From assembly GCA_001772615.1 (NCBI GenBank), contig MEUZ01000007.1:108283-172282 (forward strand): a stretch of DNA of 64,000 nucleotides. The letters are read 5' to 3'. Below, one piece after another: positions 55,809 through 64,000 of the stretch (position 1 is its first letter; each line of letters starts with the position of its first letter). Below the pieces are notes generated by a model, which worked only from the letters and a program-made list of their open reading frames with translations, ran no database searches and was not told the origin of the DNA. The stretch is from a candidate division WWE3 bacterium RIFCSPHIGHO2_01_FULL_40_23. Lineage in GTDB: Bacteria; Patescibacteriota; WWE3; UBA101185; 2-01-FULL-41-18. Both the position numbers and the translations under genes were made by a program.

Positions 55809-56813
55809 CTACCTCTTCATTACACTTTTGCCATATAAATCCATGCTTTCCATAGCCTGTGCCACACCTCTTACCACGCAAAGGAGAGGCTCGTCTGCTA
55901 CATGAGTCGGAACCCCCGTAGCTTGGGAAATAAAGGAGTCAAGGCTTCTTAAATGCGCCGTTCCCCCACTAAGAACGAAGCCTTTATCAATAATGTCGGA
56001 AGATAATTCAGGCGGTGTTTGCTCCAATACGTTCTTGATAGACAAGACAATTTGTGACAAAGGAGACTGAATAGCTTGTGAAACTTCATGTGAACCAACT
56101 AGGATCGTCTTAGGCAAACCTGAAATTGAATCCCTACCCTTGACCTCAAGAAACTCCTCTTTGTCCAAAGGAAAGGCAGTACCAATTGTTTTTTTAACGT
56201 CTTCACTGGTTTTGTCGCCTATTATCAATCCATACTTCCGTCTGATATGTTGTCCGATTGCTTCGTCAATCTTGTTACCCGCTACCCTGACACTGCCAAA
56301 TACAACTATGCCATAAAGTGACACTACTGCTATTTCACTCGTCCCCCCACCTATATTTACTATCATATTACCTGACGGTTCTGATATTGGCAGTCCAGTA
56401 CCAATGGCTGCTGCAAGAGGTTCAGGTATAAGATAAGCGTACCTTGCACCCGCCGAGTAGGCCGCGTCCAAAACCGCTCTTGCTTCAACCGAAGTTACCC
56501 CAGCAGGGACCGACACCATAACATCCGGTTTAAATATCCTTGAACCGCCGACTGACTTATTAATAAAATACTTAAGCATTGCCTCGGTAACCGCGTAGTC
56601 GGCAATTACGCCATCCCTTAGAGGCCTTAAAGCCGTTATCCCCTCCGGTGTTTTCCCAAGCATTTCCTTGGCGTCATTCCCTACGGCAACAACCCTTTCG
56701 TCATCCTCGGTGATGGCAACAACAGTCGGCTCATTAAGAACAATCCCCTTGCCAAGCACATACACAACTGAATTCGCGGTTCCAAGATCAATGGCAATTC
56801 TTTTATTAAGCAT
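55809..56813 (-). CDS. mreB: Rod shape-determining protein MreB
   Basis: IDLGTANSVVYV phosphate-1, DGVIADY, GGGTSEIAVVS phosphate-2; 334 aa. Confidence 0.9.
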   Translation of the reverse strand: MLNKRIAIDLGTANSVVYVLGKGIVLNEPTVVAITEDDERVVAVGNDAKEMLGKTPEGITALRPLRDGVIADYAVTEAMLKYFINKSVGGSRIFKPDVMVSVPAGVTSVEARAVLDAAYSAGARYAYLIPEPLAAAIGTGLPISEPSGNMIVNIGGGTSEIAVVSLYGIVVFGSVRVAGNKIDEAIGQHIRRKYGLIIGDKTSEDVKKTIGTAFPLDKEEFLEVKGRDSISGLPKTILVGSHEVSQAIQSPLSQIVLSIKNVLEQTPPELSSDIIDKGFVLSGGTAHLRSLDSFISQATGVPTHVADEPLLCVVRGVAQAMESMDLYGKSVMKR

Positions 56814-56904
56814 GTAACAGATTATATACCACGGAAAGAGCCCCTGATGCTATAAAGACTTGCTTTTACCGCCATCTGCCAACTGGCGGGAGCGGACAGG
56901 TTCA

Positions 56905-56961
56905 GGATGACAAAACATTGCGCTCCGAGTGCCCCTTAAGAGGCATATACTGTTGTCTTTC
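56905..56961. repeat. Repeat element B, second copy
   Basis: GATGACAAAACATTGCGCTCCGAGTGCCCCTTAAGAGGCATATACTGTTGTCTTTC. Preceded by a partial family-1 unit CAGGTTCAGGATGACA. Confidence 0.65.
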
Positions 56962-57018
56962 TGAAGTATGCGAGCGGATGGCTGTGAAGAAACCCCACTT
57001 TCATGGTAAAATCGGCTC

Positions 57019-58161
57019 ATGAAAAAGGTCTTTGCTACAGCTCTGATTTTTGCCGTTCTTGGCGGCATTACAATTGCAATTTACCTCTATTCAACCGGCT
57101 ACCGTGTGAACGTAAAAAAAGGAGAAATAACCCCGACCGGAATGATAGCGGCAAAATCAATACCCGATGGGGCGCAGGTATATGTTGATGGCGTACTGAC
57201 AACTGCAACAAACGGCACAGTTACAGGCATAAAACCTGGCACTCACAAACTTAAAGTTGTAAAAAACGGCTTTGTAACCTGGGAAAAAGATATTGAGGTT
57301 TTTGAACAACTTGTAACCGACATAACAGCCGTGCTTGTATCTAAAACACCTCGCCTTGAGCCGTTAACAAGTGAAGGGGCCAATTCGCCCGTTATCTCCC
57401 CCACCCTCACAAAAATTGCCTATTTTACAAAAGACGGCAAGAAGCCAGGTGTGTGGGTTTTCCCCCTCGGAGGAAATATCCAGGTCAACTTATTTAAAAC
57501 CGCCCCCGACGTCATTTTAGAAGACACGGCAAAAATCATCTTTTCAAACGGGGAATACATTGAATGGAGCCCCGACGAAAAAGAGCTTCTGGTTAAAGTA
57601 GACGAAAATAGACTTTTTACGGCAGACCTTGCTTCAAAGGTATTTGAGACAACCACCTCGGCAGAGCTCACCAGAAAAACATGGAACGAAAAAATTATGG
57701 AAAAAAGGTCGCTTTTCCTTTCAAGGCTTGCTCTTTCCGATGAAGTTAATAAACTTGCTCTTGACCCCGAAACAGTCTGGTCGCCCGATGAAAAAAAGTT
57801 CATGTATAAAGAAAAAGATGGAGACTTCACTTTATATAAAGTGTATAACCTTGAAAAACCGCTCCCTGTGGGTGAGAAAACAAACTATACGGTCTTTTCA
57901 GTAAAAAACGACACGCCCCAGCCTAAAGTTTACTGGTACAATGACAGCTTCCATTTAATTACGGTTGAAGGCGACATAAAAAAGGAAAATAAGGGAAGTA
58001 TTTACCTTATTAGAATAGACGGGACCAACAAAACTGAAGTCTATAACAATACTCTTTACTCGGATATTGCCTTTTCAACACCTTACGGAGATAAAATAGT
58101 AATCCTGACTTCTTTCAGATCTAATAATCAAACTGATCTGTATGCAATTGGTATAAGGTAG
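57019..58161 (+). CDS. Membrane-anchored PEGA-domain protein with beta-propeller-like C-terminal region
   Basis: N-terminal TM; PEGA motif PDGAQVYVDGVLTTATNGTVTGIKPGTHKLKVVKNGFVTWEKDIEV. Confidence 0.6.
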   Translation: MKKVFATALIFAVLGGITIAIYLYSTGYRVNVKKGEITPTGMIAAKSIPDGAQVYVDGVLTTATNGTVTGIKPGTHKLKVVKNGFVTWEKDIEVFEQLVTDITAVLVSKTPRLEPLTSEGANSPVISPTLTKIAYFTKDGKKPGVWVFPLGGNIQVNLFKTAPDVILEDTAKIIFSNGEYIEWSPDEKELLVKVDENRLFTADLASKVFETTTSAELTRKTWNEKIMEKRSLFLSRLALSDEVNKLALDPETVWSPDEKKFMYKEKDGDFTLYKVYNLEKPLPVGEKTNYTVFSVKNDTPQPKVYWYNDSFHLITVEGDIKKENKGSIYLIRIDGTNKTEVYNNTLYSDIAFSTPYGDKIVILTSFRSNNQTDLYAIGIR

Positions 58162-58885
58162 TGTCTATTACCGAGGGGGCGCGGGATGACGTAAAAAGCC
58201 CCGAGTCAAAGTAGCCGAAACTCCCCACCTCAATTAGTTTTGCAGTCACAACCAACCTATTAATAGTAGTCCCGGGCGGGTCACACGTCTGAAGGGTCAA
58301 AGTGGGATCAAGTACCTTTCTTGTTAAAGGCTTTGTATCAAACCCCTTTACAACTTCCTTTCCTATAACCTCATAAATGTAATCTTTATTCTGGTAAAAT
58401 ATATGGACTTTATCCCCTTTTTCAAGCTTTCTTAAAAGATTAAACGTGGTAGCGTATTTCCCAAGCTCAAAGAAATTAAGAGATGAATGAGCAAAAAGGT
58501 ATACATTTCCCTTCTCACCCGGGAAAGCCGTCCCAGCGGCATGTGCGACCCCGCTTTTAAGAGACTCTTTATAGGCTTTCTCATCAATAACTGACACATT
58601 GGGTACAATCGGCGCATTCACGTCAATTTTTTCAATGACTATAGAAAACTCTCGGTTAACAGGCACTATTTTAATGGGCTTTGAAGAAAGGTACCTTGCA
58701 AAAACGCTTGCTTGCCCAGAGCCTGTCGAAGCGCCAAGAGAATACTCCTGCTTCTTAAAGACTTTGAGCTGATACCAGACTTCCCCTACTAAAATAGGTA
58801 TATAGGTATATCCAAGTACGGCAAAACCGCCCAAAATTAGCAAATTCGCCAGAAACCTTGCCAGAAAGACCTTAAACTTACTCAT
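58121..58885 (-). CDS. Sortase-family transpeptidase
   Basis: TLQTCDP (TLxTC catalytic Cys), LFAHSS His, downstream Arg (NRLVV); N-terminal signal anchor from MSKFKVFLARF. The upstream extension of the ORF runs into a family-1 repeat. Confidence 0.6.
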   Translation of the reverse strand: MSKFKVFLARFLANLLILGGFAVLGYTYIPILVGEVWYQLKVFKKQEYSLGASTGSGQASVFARYLSSKPIKIVPVNREFSIVIEKIDVNAPIVPNVSVIDEKAYKESLKSGVAHAAGTAFPGEKGNVYLFAHSSLNFFELGKYATTFNLLRKLEKGDKVHIFYQNKDYIYEVIGKEVVKGFDTKPLTRKVLDPTLTLQTCDPPGTTINRLVVTAKLIEVGSFGYFDSGLFTSSRAPSVIDTTLYQLHTDQFDY

Positions 58886-58940
58886 AATAAAGCCAAGTAT
58901 ATCATCTTTACGCTCAAATCTTCCAAAGCCCTTCGTAACA

Positions 58941-59031
58941 GTCATTCCAGCGAAAGCTGGAATCTAAGATTAAAGATGCCGGATCATCTGCCGGCTGGCG
59001 GACGGCATGACATAAAAGTCAGTCCAGGATG
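58941..59031. repeat. Family-1 nested palindromic repeat
   Basis: GTCATTCCAGCGAAAGCTGGAATC (compensatory C->A / G->T relative to the CCCGCGAAAGCGGG copies) followed by GATGCCGGATCATCTGCCGGC...CATGAC. Confidence 0.7.
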
Positions 59032-59086
59032 GCAACTTGCGCTTCCCTAAAGCCTGGCTGTATTATAAAAGAGTCTGGAAACGAAA

Positions 59087-60067
59087 ATGTCAAAAACTTT
59101 CTTTGCAAAACTCCTGCTCCTTCTTTTATGCATCATTTCCTTATGGTTTATTTCCTCCGCGGTCACAAGAAGGAACCTTTCTCAATCGATAAATGATGCC
59201 TCAAAAGACAAAGAACTTCTTATTGCTAAACTAGCAGCAAAAGCGCTTGAAGATAAATTCAGCCTGACTGCGGTAAAAATCCAGACTCTTTCCAGGCTTC
59301 CCGAAATTAAAGAAGGGGACAAAAGCGAATGTGAGGAGATTCTAAAATCCCTTACACAAGGGAGTGATGAAACTCTCTTAAGAGCTGATGAGAAAGGCGC
59401 GGTTAACTGCTCTTCCAACTCGGAGCTTTTTGACCCTGACGCTGTGAAACTTAACCCCAAACTTAGTGAGTTCTATAAAGACCCAATACCCTCCGGCGCC
59501 CTTGTAAAGTCTTTTATAACCGACATAAGCTCGGAACCAGCATTTTTAATCCTCTACCCTATTTCTGACAACGAAGGTGATTTTAACGGAATTCTAGGGG
59601 CAGTCCTTCCATACGACAAGCTCTTTAATAAATACCTTGAAGCCATAAACACCAATAAGGGGGGAAGCGTGTCTATCCAAGATCAGGAAGGCTTAATAAT
59701 TTATCACCAAAGCAAGGCCTTTGCAGGCAAAAACTTCTGGTCGGAGGAGATCCAGAATACCATCACCCAAAGGGAAGCCTTAAATACAGCGATCAAGGAA
59801 GTCGCTTCAGGAAATAAGAAAGATACTTTCTTGAACCATAAAGAAGGTGATAAAGAGCTCATCACCGTAATTGCTTCATCAGAGATATTTCCCAATACAA
59901 GACTTCTTGTTGTGTCCTCAATCCCTTCAGACGGCATAGAAAAAAGTGTAATGAACCTTAATGTGGGTACTGGCCTTAACCTTCTTGCAATCCTTATGGC
60001 GGCCGTAACTATTCTTATTATCATCTCATTTGTGATGTACGTAAGAAAGATGAATGAGGCCATATAA
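59087..60067 (+). CDS. Membrane protein with extracytoplasmic Cache-like sensor domain
   Basis: N-terminal and C-terminal TM helices flanking a ~270-aa periplasmic-type domain; no output domain. Confidence 0.5.
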   Translation: MSKTFFAKLLLLLLCIISLWFISSAVTRRNLSQSINDASKDKELLIAKLAAKALEDKFSLTAVKIQTLSRLPEIKEGDKSECEEILKSLTQGSDETLLRADEKGAVNCSSNSELFDPDAVKLNPKLSEFYKDPIPSGALVKSFITDISSEPAFLILYPISDNEGDFNGILGAVLPYDKLFNKYLEAINTNKGGSVSIQDQEGLIIYHQSKAFAGKNFWSEEIQNTITQREALNTAIKEVASGNKKDTFLNHKEGDKELITVIASSEIFPNTRLLVVSSIPSDGIEKSVMNLNVGTGLNLLAILMAAVTILIIISFVMYVRKMNEAI

Positions 60068-61253
60068 ACATCACTTTTCAACGCTGCTTCATTTACCCCG
60101 CCGGCCAAGCGAGTTCCTCTCGCTTCTCTACTTAGTCGCTGTGATCAGAAACCTGGTCTTTATTCTTCTCAATTTGTTTCTTCCCATCTTTGTTTTTAAG
60201 ATCTTTCTTGAACTGGGATCTTCTGAAAAGGAGGCGCTTATTTTAATTGGACTTACCTTTCTTTACTTTCAAACGGTTCACGGGATTTTGACTTTTGCGG
60301 TATCTAAAGTTATTTCTCACTACGGGACCAAGGTTGGTTTTATTATAGGTCAGGTAGCTCTGTCCGGCTCTCTATATATGTTATTTCACTCCAAAAGTCT
60401 TGAAGGCGTATTTGCAAGTTTCCTTATTTGGGCCGTCGCGGCGGCATTTTACTGGATTTCATATCACACTTTCTTTCTTGAAATGGGAAAACCGGGCAAA
60501 TTTGGCGAGGAGCTTGGCCTTGTTGAGATGTTAACAATCCTCACAGGCTTAACTGCCCCAGCCCTCACAGGAGCTCTTATAGCCTTAAAGGGTCCCCAAA
60601 TCTTATTTACCGTCTGCGTTCTCCTTATTCTGGTAACTCTAGTCCTTATTCTTTTAGTTAAAGACAATCAAAAACTTGGCTCTGTCGGACTTAAAACGAC
60701 TCTGTTGGATATCCGCGGTAACAAAAGAGACTTCATTAGCTTCATTGGAGCCGGAGGGCAGGAAATTATATACTCTGTAGCCTGGCCTCTTATCCTTTTT
60801 GCAGTCTTTAAAAACTATCTTGAAGTTGGAATTATTGCCTCAATTATCCTTTTGACAAGCGGTTTGACCTCATTTTTTGTCGGAAAGTTAAGTGACCACG
60901 TAAACAAAGTGAGTATTGAAAAAATAGGCTCGGCGGTTATTTCGGCAACCTTTATTGGAAGGGTTTTTTTCCAGACTCCCCTTTCCTTATATGCTTTAGA
61001 CTCAATTTATAAGATTTTCTCCTCCGCGTTTAACCTTCCTCTTGAGGCTTTAGCTTATACAAAAGCCGTAGACGGAGACAAGGTAAGGTATATTGTCTTT
61101 AGGGAGCTTGGTTATAAAGCGGGTGGGATTCTTGGAATGGTTTCTTTCCTTGTGGTTTTATACCTTGGGCTGTCATTTTGGTGGACATTTGCCTTCGCGG
61201 CTTTATTTTCTCTGCTTCCTATGGCCGCAAGGCAAAAGAATTTTGAAGCCTAA
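60054..61253 (+). CDS. polytopic membrane protein (transporter-like)
   Basis: About 10-12 TM helices; overlaps the upstream stop. Confidence 0.5.
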   Translation: MRPYKHHFSTLLHLPRRPSEFLSLLYLVAVIRNLVFILLNLFLPIFVFKIFLELGSSEKEALILIGLTFLYFQTVHGILTFAVSKVISHYGTKVGFIIGQVALSGSLYMLFHSKSLEGVFASFLIWAVAAAFYWISYHTFFLEMGKPGKFGEELGLVEMLTILTGLTAPALTGALIALKGPQILFTVCVLLILVTLVLILLVKDNQKLGSVGLKTTLLDIRGNKRDFISFIGAGGQEIIYSVAWPLILFAVFKNYLEVGIIASIILLTSGLTSFFVGKLSDHVNKVSIEKIGSAVISATFIGRVFFQTPLSLYALDSIYKIFSSAFNLPLEALAYTKAVDGDKVRYIVFRELGYKAGGILGMVSFLVVLYLGLSFWWTFAFAALFSLLPMAARQKNFEA

Positions 61254-61552
61254 TGAGTTCCCCTGCCAAAAAGCTTTCTTAACTCGTCCTTTGATTTTTC
61301 AAGCACCTTCAGCCGACTTTTAGGAAGGCCTTTCCCCGCTCTATTTATATAAAAGTTAAGCATTGACATAGCTGACTGAAAGGATGAGACTTTTCTTCTC
61401 TTACTATCGTCAGCCGATCTTTTTAGCGATTTTGCAACTTTTAGAGGGTCGCTAAAGGTAAAGACCCCTTTCTCAAGGTCAAGCGCGTTACTGTTTTTGG
61501 TTACACCAGCCGACCAGTATTTTCTACTTTTCCTACCAGTTTGTGTTGTCAT
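61250..61552 (-). CDS. small basic hypothetical protein (DUF3175-like, tentative)
   Basis: 100-aa ORF; KRSADDSKRRKVSSFQSAMSMLNFYINRAGKGLPKSRLKVLEKSKDELRKLFGR pattern recalled from DUF3175 proteins. Confidence 0.45.
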   Translation of the reverse strand: MTTQTGRKSRKYWSAGVTKNSNALDLEKGVFTFSDPLKVAKSLKRSADDSKRRKVSSFQSAMSMLNFYINRAGKGLPKSRLKVLEKSKDELRKLFGRGTH

Positions 61553-61621
61553 ATGTGAAAGCTTGCTCTCTGCTTCATTAATGGCTGTGCCAAGTTAAAC
61601 TTGCGAAAGCAAGTTTTTACG

Positions 61622-61698
61622 TGGTCGGGGTGCTCGGACTTGAACCGAGAACCTCTGCGTCCCGAACGCAGCGCGCTAGCCAATTGCGCCACACCCCG
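61622..61698 (-). tRNA. tRNA-Pro (anticodon CGG)
   Basis: Minus strand: CGGGGTG TG GCGC AATTGGCTA GCGC G CTGCG TTCGGGA CGCAG AGGTT CTCGG TTCAAGT CCGAG CACCCCG A CCA. Confidence 0.85.
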
Positions 61699-62379
61699 TC
61701 AAACGGACTGGCCTTGTGGTTCATCATTATCAACTCTGCATATGATAGGCTACCACAGTTTTTATTATATCCCACCCATCAAACATTCGAAAACGATAGG
61801 AACTATATAAGTGTACTATAACGACAAATTAATAACTTATAGATATCTGACTTGCTCTTCTTTAGCAGCATATGCATAGGTTAAGCAATGCATAGGCATT
61901 AGATATGCATAGGTTGCTGACCCAACAACCAAAGCCGATTTTAGTGTGTACTCTTGTACTCATTTTGCCCTATCAAGCGAAGGCACATCCACAAAACCAA
62001 ATATCTTATATAACATTTCTTATAAGCCTAATGGTAGAACGCTTAAAAAACAGCTAAAGTTCTGAATGACTCCTTAGGGAGTCCGGAAAACAGAACCCCG
62101 CTAGTGGCCCTGCCATAGTCTGTCAAGGGTACCACACAGAAATCAAAATGTACCTTCAAAGAAGGATTCTCGCAGCCATTGCCTTGTATCTACGAATTAA
62201 TACTTTATAGCAATGGCGAGAGGAAGGGGCTGCGTGGCTGATGAGTTAACAGTTCTGTAACGTACCGCAAGATCCCGTGCCTTCAAGAAGGTATATTTTG
62301 ATTTCTGCTTTAAACCTCGTACGTCTCACGCAGGATACCCTGTATAAGTGACCTATGTACAAGCTTTCAAAGGCTCTGG

Positions 62380-63339
62380 TTAAAGCCTTATGTAACTTAC
62401 CGACCTGCCTTTACCGCTAGTTATAAGAAGGCCTAAAGAGGCAAGTTTAGCAAGGTCTCTGGAAGCCGTTATCTGTGATATCCTAAACATCCCCCGCACC
62501 TTCCGGTTTGTAATTGAAACCCCCGGTTGTTCAAGATATTCCATAATCCCCTTCTGCCTGTCGTTTAAGGCAAAATAAGCCGAGTGTACACTCTTAATAA
62601 AACTTAATTGCCTGACGGTCTCAAATGATTTTTCAGCCTGCAAAAGGAAGGATGAAGCAAAGTATTCAAGCCAGTAGGTAAGACTTCCCGAAACGGCCGC
62701 ACTTTCATACGCCTGGCTGAAAGAAACAAGGTCTTTTTTAAAGTGCTCCTCAAGGCACAAGAAACCCCTAAAATCATACCCATGCTTATACAGAAACAAA
62801 AGTGCTAGAAGCCTTGAAATCCTTCCGTTCCCCTCCTCAAAGGGCTTTATCCTTAAAATTTGCGCCATGGCTACCCCCGCCTGCACCACCGGGTGGTCAT
62901 TTCCCTTTTCCAGATATGAGAGAAAATGCTCAACTGACTCTTGCGCCTCACGCGCGCGAAATTTCTTCAACTTTCGCCCTAAAGGGCTAAAAAGCAGTCT
63001 ATGAACTTCCTCTACATCTTCCCCCGTGACGGGATCAGTTGAAGCAAGCCATTCATAACCTATAAGGCTTAAAGCATTTCTGTAAGCTAGGACGTTATAG
63101 TCATCCCGCATTACTTTCCCCCTACCCGCGTTAGTTAAAATCTTGATCACATCTTGTCTCGTTATGGAGCTTTTGGTAAGGGCCAAAGACCAATAAATTC
63201 TGTTAACGGTAAAATCCCATTTTAACCTTAGTTCATTTTCCGGAGATATTGGGGTCAAAAGTATCTCCCTGCGGATCGTTTCTATCCGATCAAGAAGTTC
63301 TATAAGTTTTGACGAAACATTGTAGGATAAAAGAAGCAT
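62380..63339 (-). CDS. Fic-family protein with C-terminal winged HTH; catalytic His replaced by Lys
   Basis: Fic core motif reads KPFEEGNGRISR instead of HPFx[DE]GNGRxxR (codon AAG at the His position). C-terminal ITNRKVRGMFRISQITASRDLAKLASLGLL HTH. Confidence 0.7.
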   Translation of the reverse strand: MLLLSYNVSSKLIELLDRIETIRREILLTPISPENELRLKWDFTVNRIYWSLALTKSSITRQDVIKILTNAGRGKVMRDDYNVLAYRNALSLIGYEWLASTDPVTGEDVEEVHRLLFSPLGRKLKKFRAREAQESVEHFLSYLEKGNDHPVVQAGVAMAQILRIKPFEEGNGRISRLLALLFLYKHGYDFRGFLCLEEHFKKDLVSFSQAYESAAVSGSLTYWLEYFASSFLLQAEKSFETVRQLSFIKSVHSAYFALNDRQKGIMEYLEQPGVSITNRKVRGMFRISQITASRDLAKLASLGLLITSGKGRSVSYIRL

Positions 63340-63540
63340 CCCAATCCCAACTCAAAACTTATCATATACTAGTCATTAAAGCAACATTTCTTAAAAGCTT
63401 GTTATCAGAACTAAAAACACTCAACCGGATAAGATTAGGATAAGCTTTGCCTATGCATTGGTTAACTATTGACTAGGTAGGTTTAGTGTGATGTAATTAA
63501 GAAAAGATAAGTATTGCATAGGTAATTTGCAACACTGTAA

Positions 63541-64000
63541 ATGAAAAAGAACCTGCCCGACAAACCCCATAAAGATAAAAAACTTGTATCCATAGGCGAA
63601 GCTGTGGATATTTTAGGTGTTTCCATTGACACTTTAAGAAGATGGGACAAAAACGGTACTCTAAAGTCAGTAAGACCCGATGGCAAAAACAGATTCTTCC
63701 CGCTTGAAGACATAGAAAACCTCAAATTTTCAAAACCTCTCTCCATCGGTGAAGCCTCAAAACAGCTTGATCTTTCAACATCAACGTTAAGAAGGCTTGA
63801 AGAAAAAGGTTTTATAGAACCTATAAGAAACAAAGCCGGGGAAAGATTGTACACAAAAGACTCTCTTGATAGATTCCTCCACTCCGAATATTACCTAAGA
63901 CAGAAACAAGTTGAGGAAAAAATACTTGAACCTCTTAAAAAACCCGAAGAAGTTACCGAAACTTCGTCCGTTACGGGGCCGAAAATAAACCCGAAGACTA
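63541..64000 (+). CDS. Tandem MerR/excisionase-type HTH protein (partial, runs off window end)
   Basis: From ATG 63541: MKKNLPDKPHKDKKLVSIGEAVDILGVSIDTLRRWDKNGTLK...LSIGEASKQLDLSTSTLRRLEEKGFIEP gives two HTH_17/MerR-like repeats. Open to the end of the window. Confidence 0.6.
   Translation, partial: MKKNLPDKPHKDKKLVSIGEAVDILGVSIDTLRRWDKNGTLKSVRPDGKNRFFPLEDIENLKFSKPLSIGEASKQLDLSTSTLRRLEEKGFIEPIRNKAGERLYTKDSLDRFLHSEYYLRQKQVEEKILEPLKKPEEVTETSSVTGPKINPKT

Noticed and set aside
56850-57068. 72-aa minus-strand ORF upstream of mreB
   Set aside because: It overlaps repeat element B and the start of the PEGA gene on the other strand, and has no SD.
61601-61821. Two overlapping plus-strand ORFs (69 and 66 aa)
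   Set aside because: They run antisense through tRNA-Pro, the translation MVGVLGLEPRTSASRTQRASQL being the tRNA sequence read as protein.

Overview
The window is a low-GC (~40%) bacterial backbone whose gene content suggests a small-genome, possibly CPR/Patescibacteria-like organism, and which carries one large compositionally distinct insert.

Backbone contents, in order:
- 5' part of a GH1 beta-glucosidase gene that runs off the window start
- tRNA-Thr(GGT), tRNA-Tyr(GTA) with a 24-nt duplicate of its 3' end, and tRNA-Thr(TGT)
- a TPR membrane protein, an M24 aminopeptidase and rpmG (L33)
- a patch of small paralogous hypothetical genes around tRNA-Trp
- two toxin-antitoxin loci: Phd/YefM with a frameshifted RelE/ParE toxin, and an intact VapBC

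From ~11.4 to ~27.4 kb there is a GC-rich (~60%) island made entirely of hypothetical genes.
- It contains a MoxR/RavA-like AAA+ ATPase and vWA(MIDAS) pair, an 895-aa protein with a TRAM-like domain, a Cys cluster and a coiled coil, a P-loop NTPase fusion, an ASKHA-like protein and several small proteins.
- Every intergenic space in the island holds one of two families of nested palindromic repeats (GTCATyC...GrATGAC hairpins with covarying stems; GTCATCGCGAGG / GATTGCTTCG palindromes).
- Near its 3' end is a structured RNA with RNase P RNA hallmark motifs, followed by a 2-kb non-coding tract containing degenerate direct repeats.

Downstream of the island:
- a TrmB regulator
- an ~900-aa ORF interrupted by a single in-frame TAG
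- an ABC-F ATPase and an M50 protease
- secE-nusG-rplK-rplA-(L10 leader)-rplJ-rplL; rplL is followed by two secreted metallophosphoesterase paralogs (one with degenerate motifs) where rpoB usually lies
- a glycogen cluster: GalT-like, two GlgA-like glycosyltransferases, two GH57 (one with a C-terminal UVR domain) and an LMW phosphatase
- tagA, mreB, a PEGA protein, a sortase and tRNA-Pro
- a Fic gene with H->K in the catalytic motif, flanked by TGCATAGG iterons, and a tandem-HTH MerR-like gene

No CRISPR array, rRNA or transposase was recognised.
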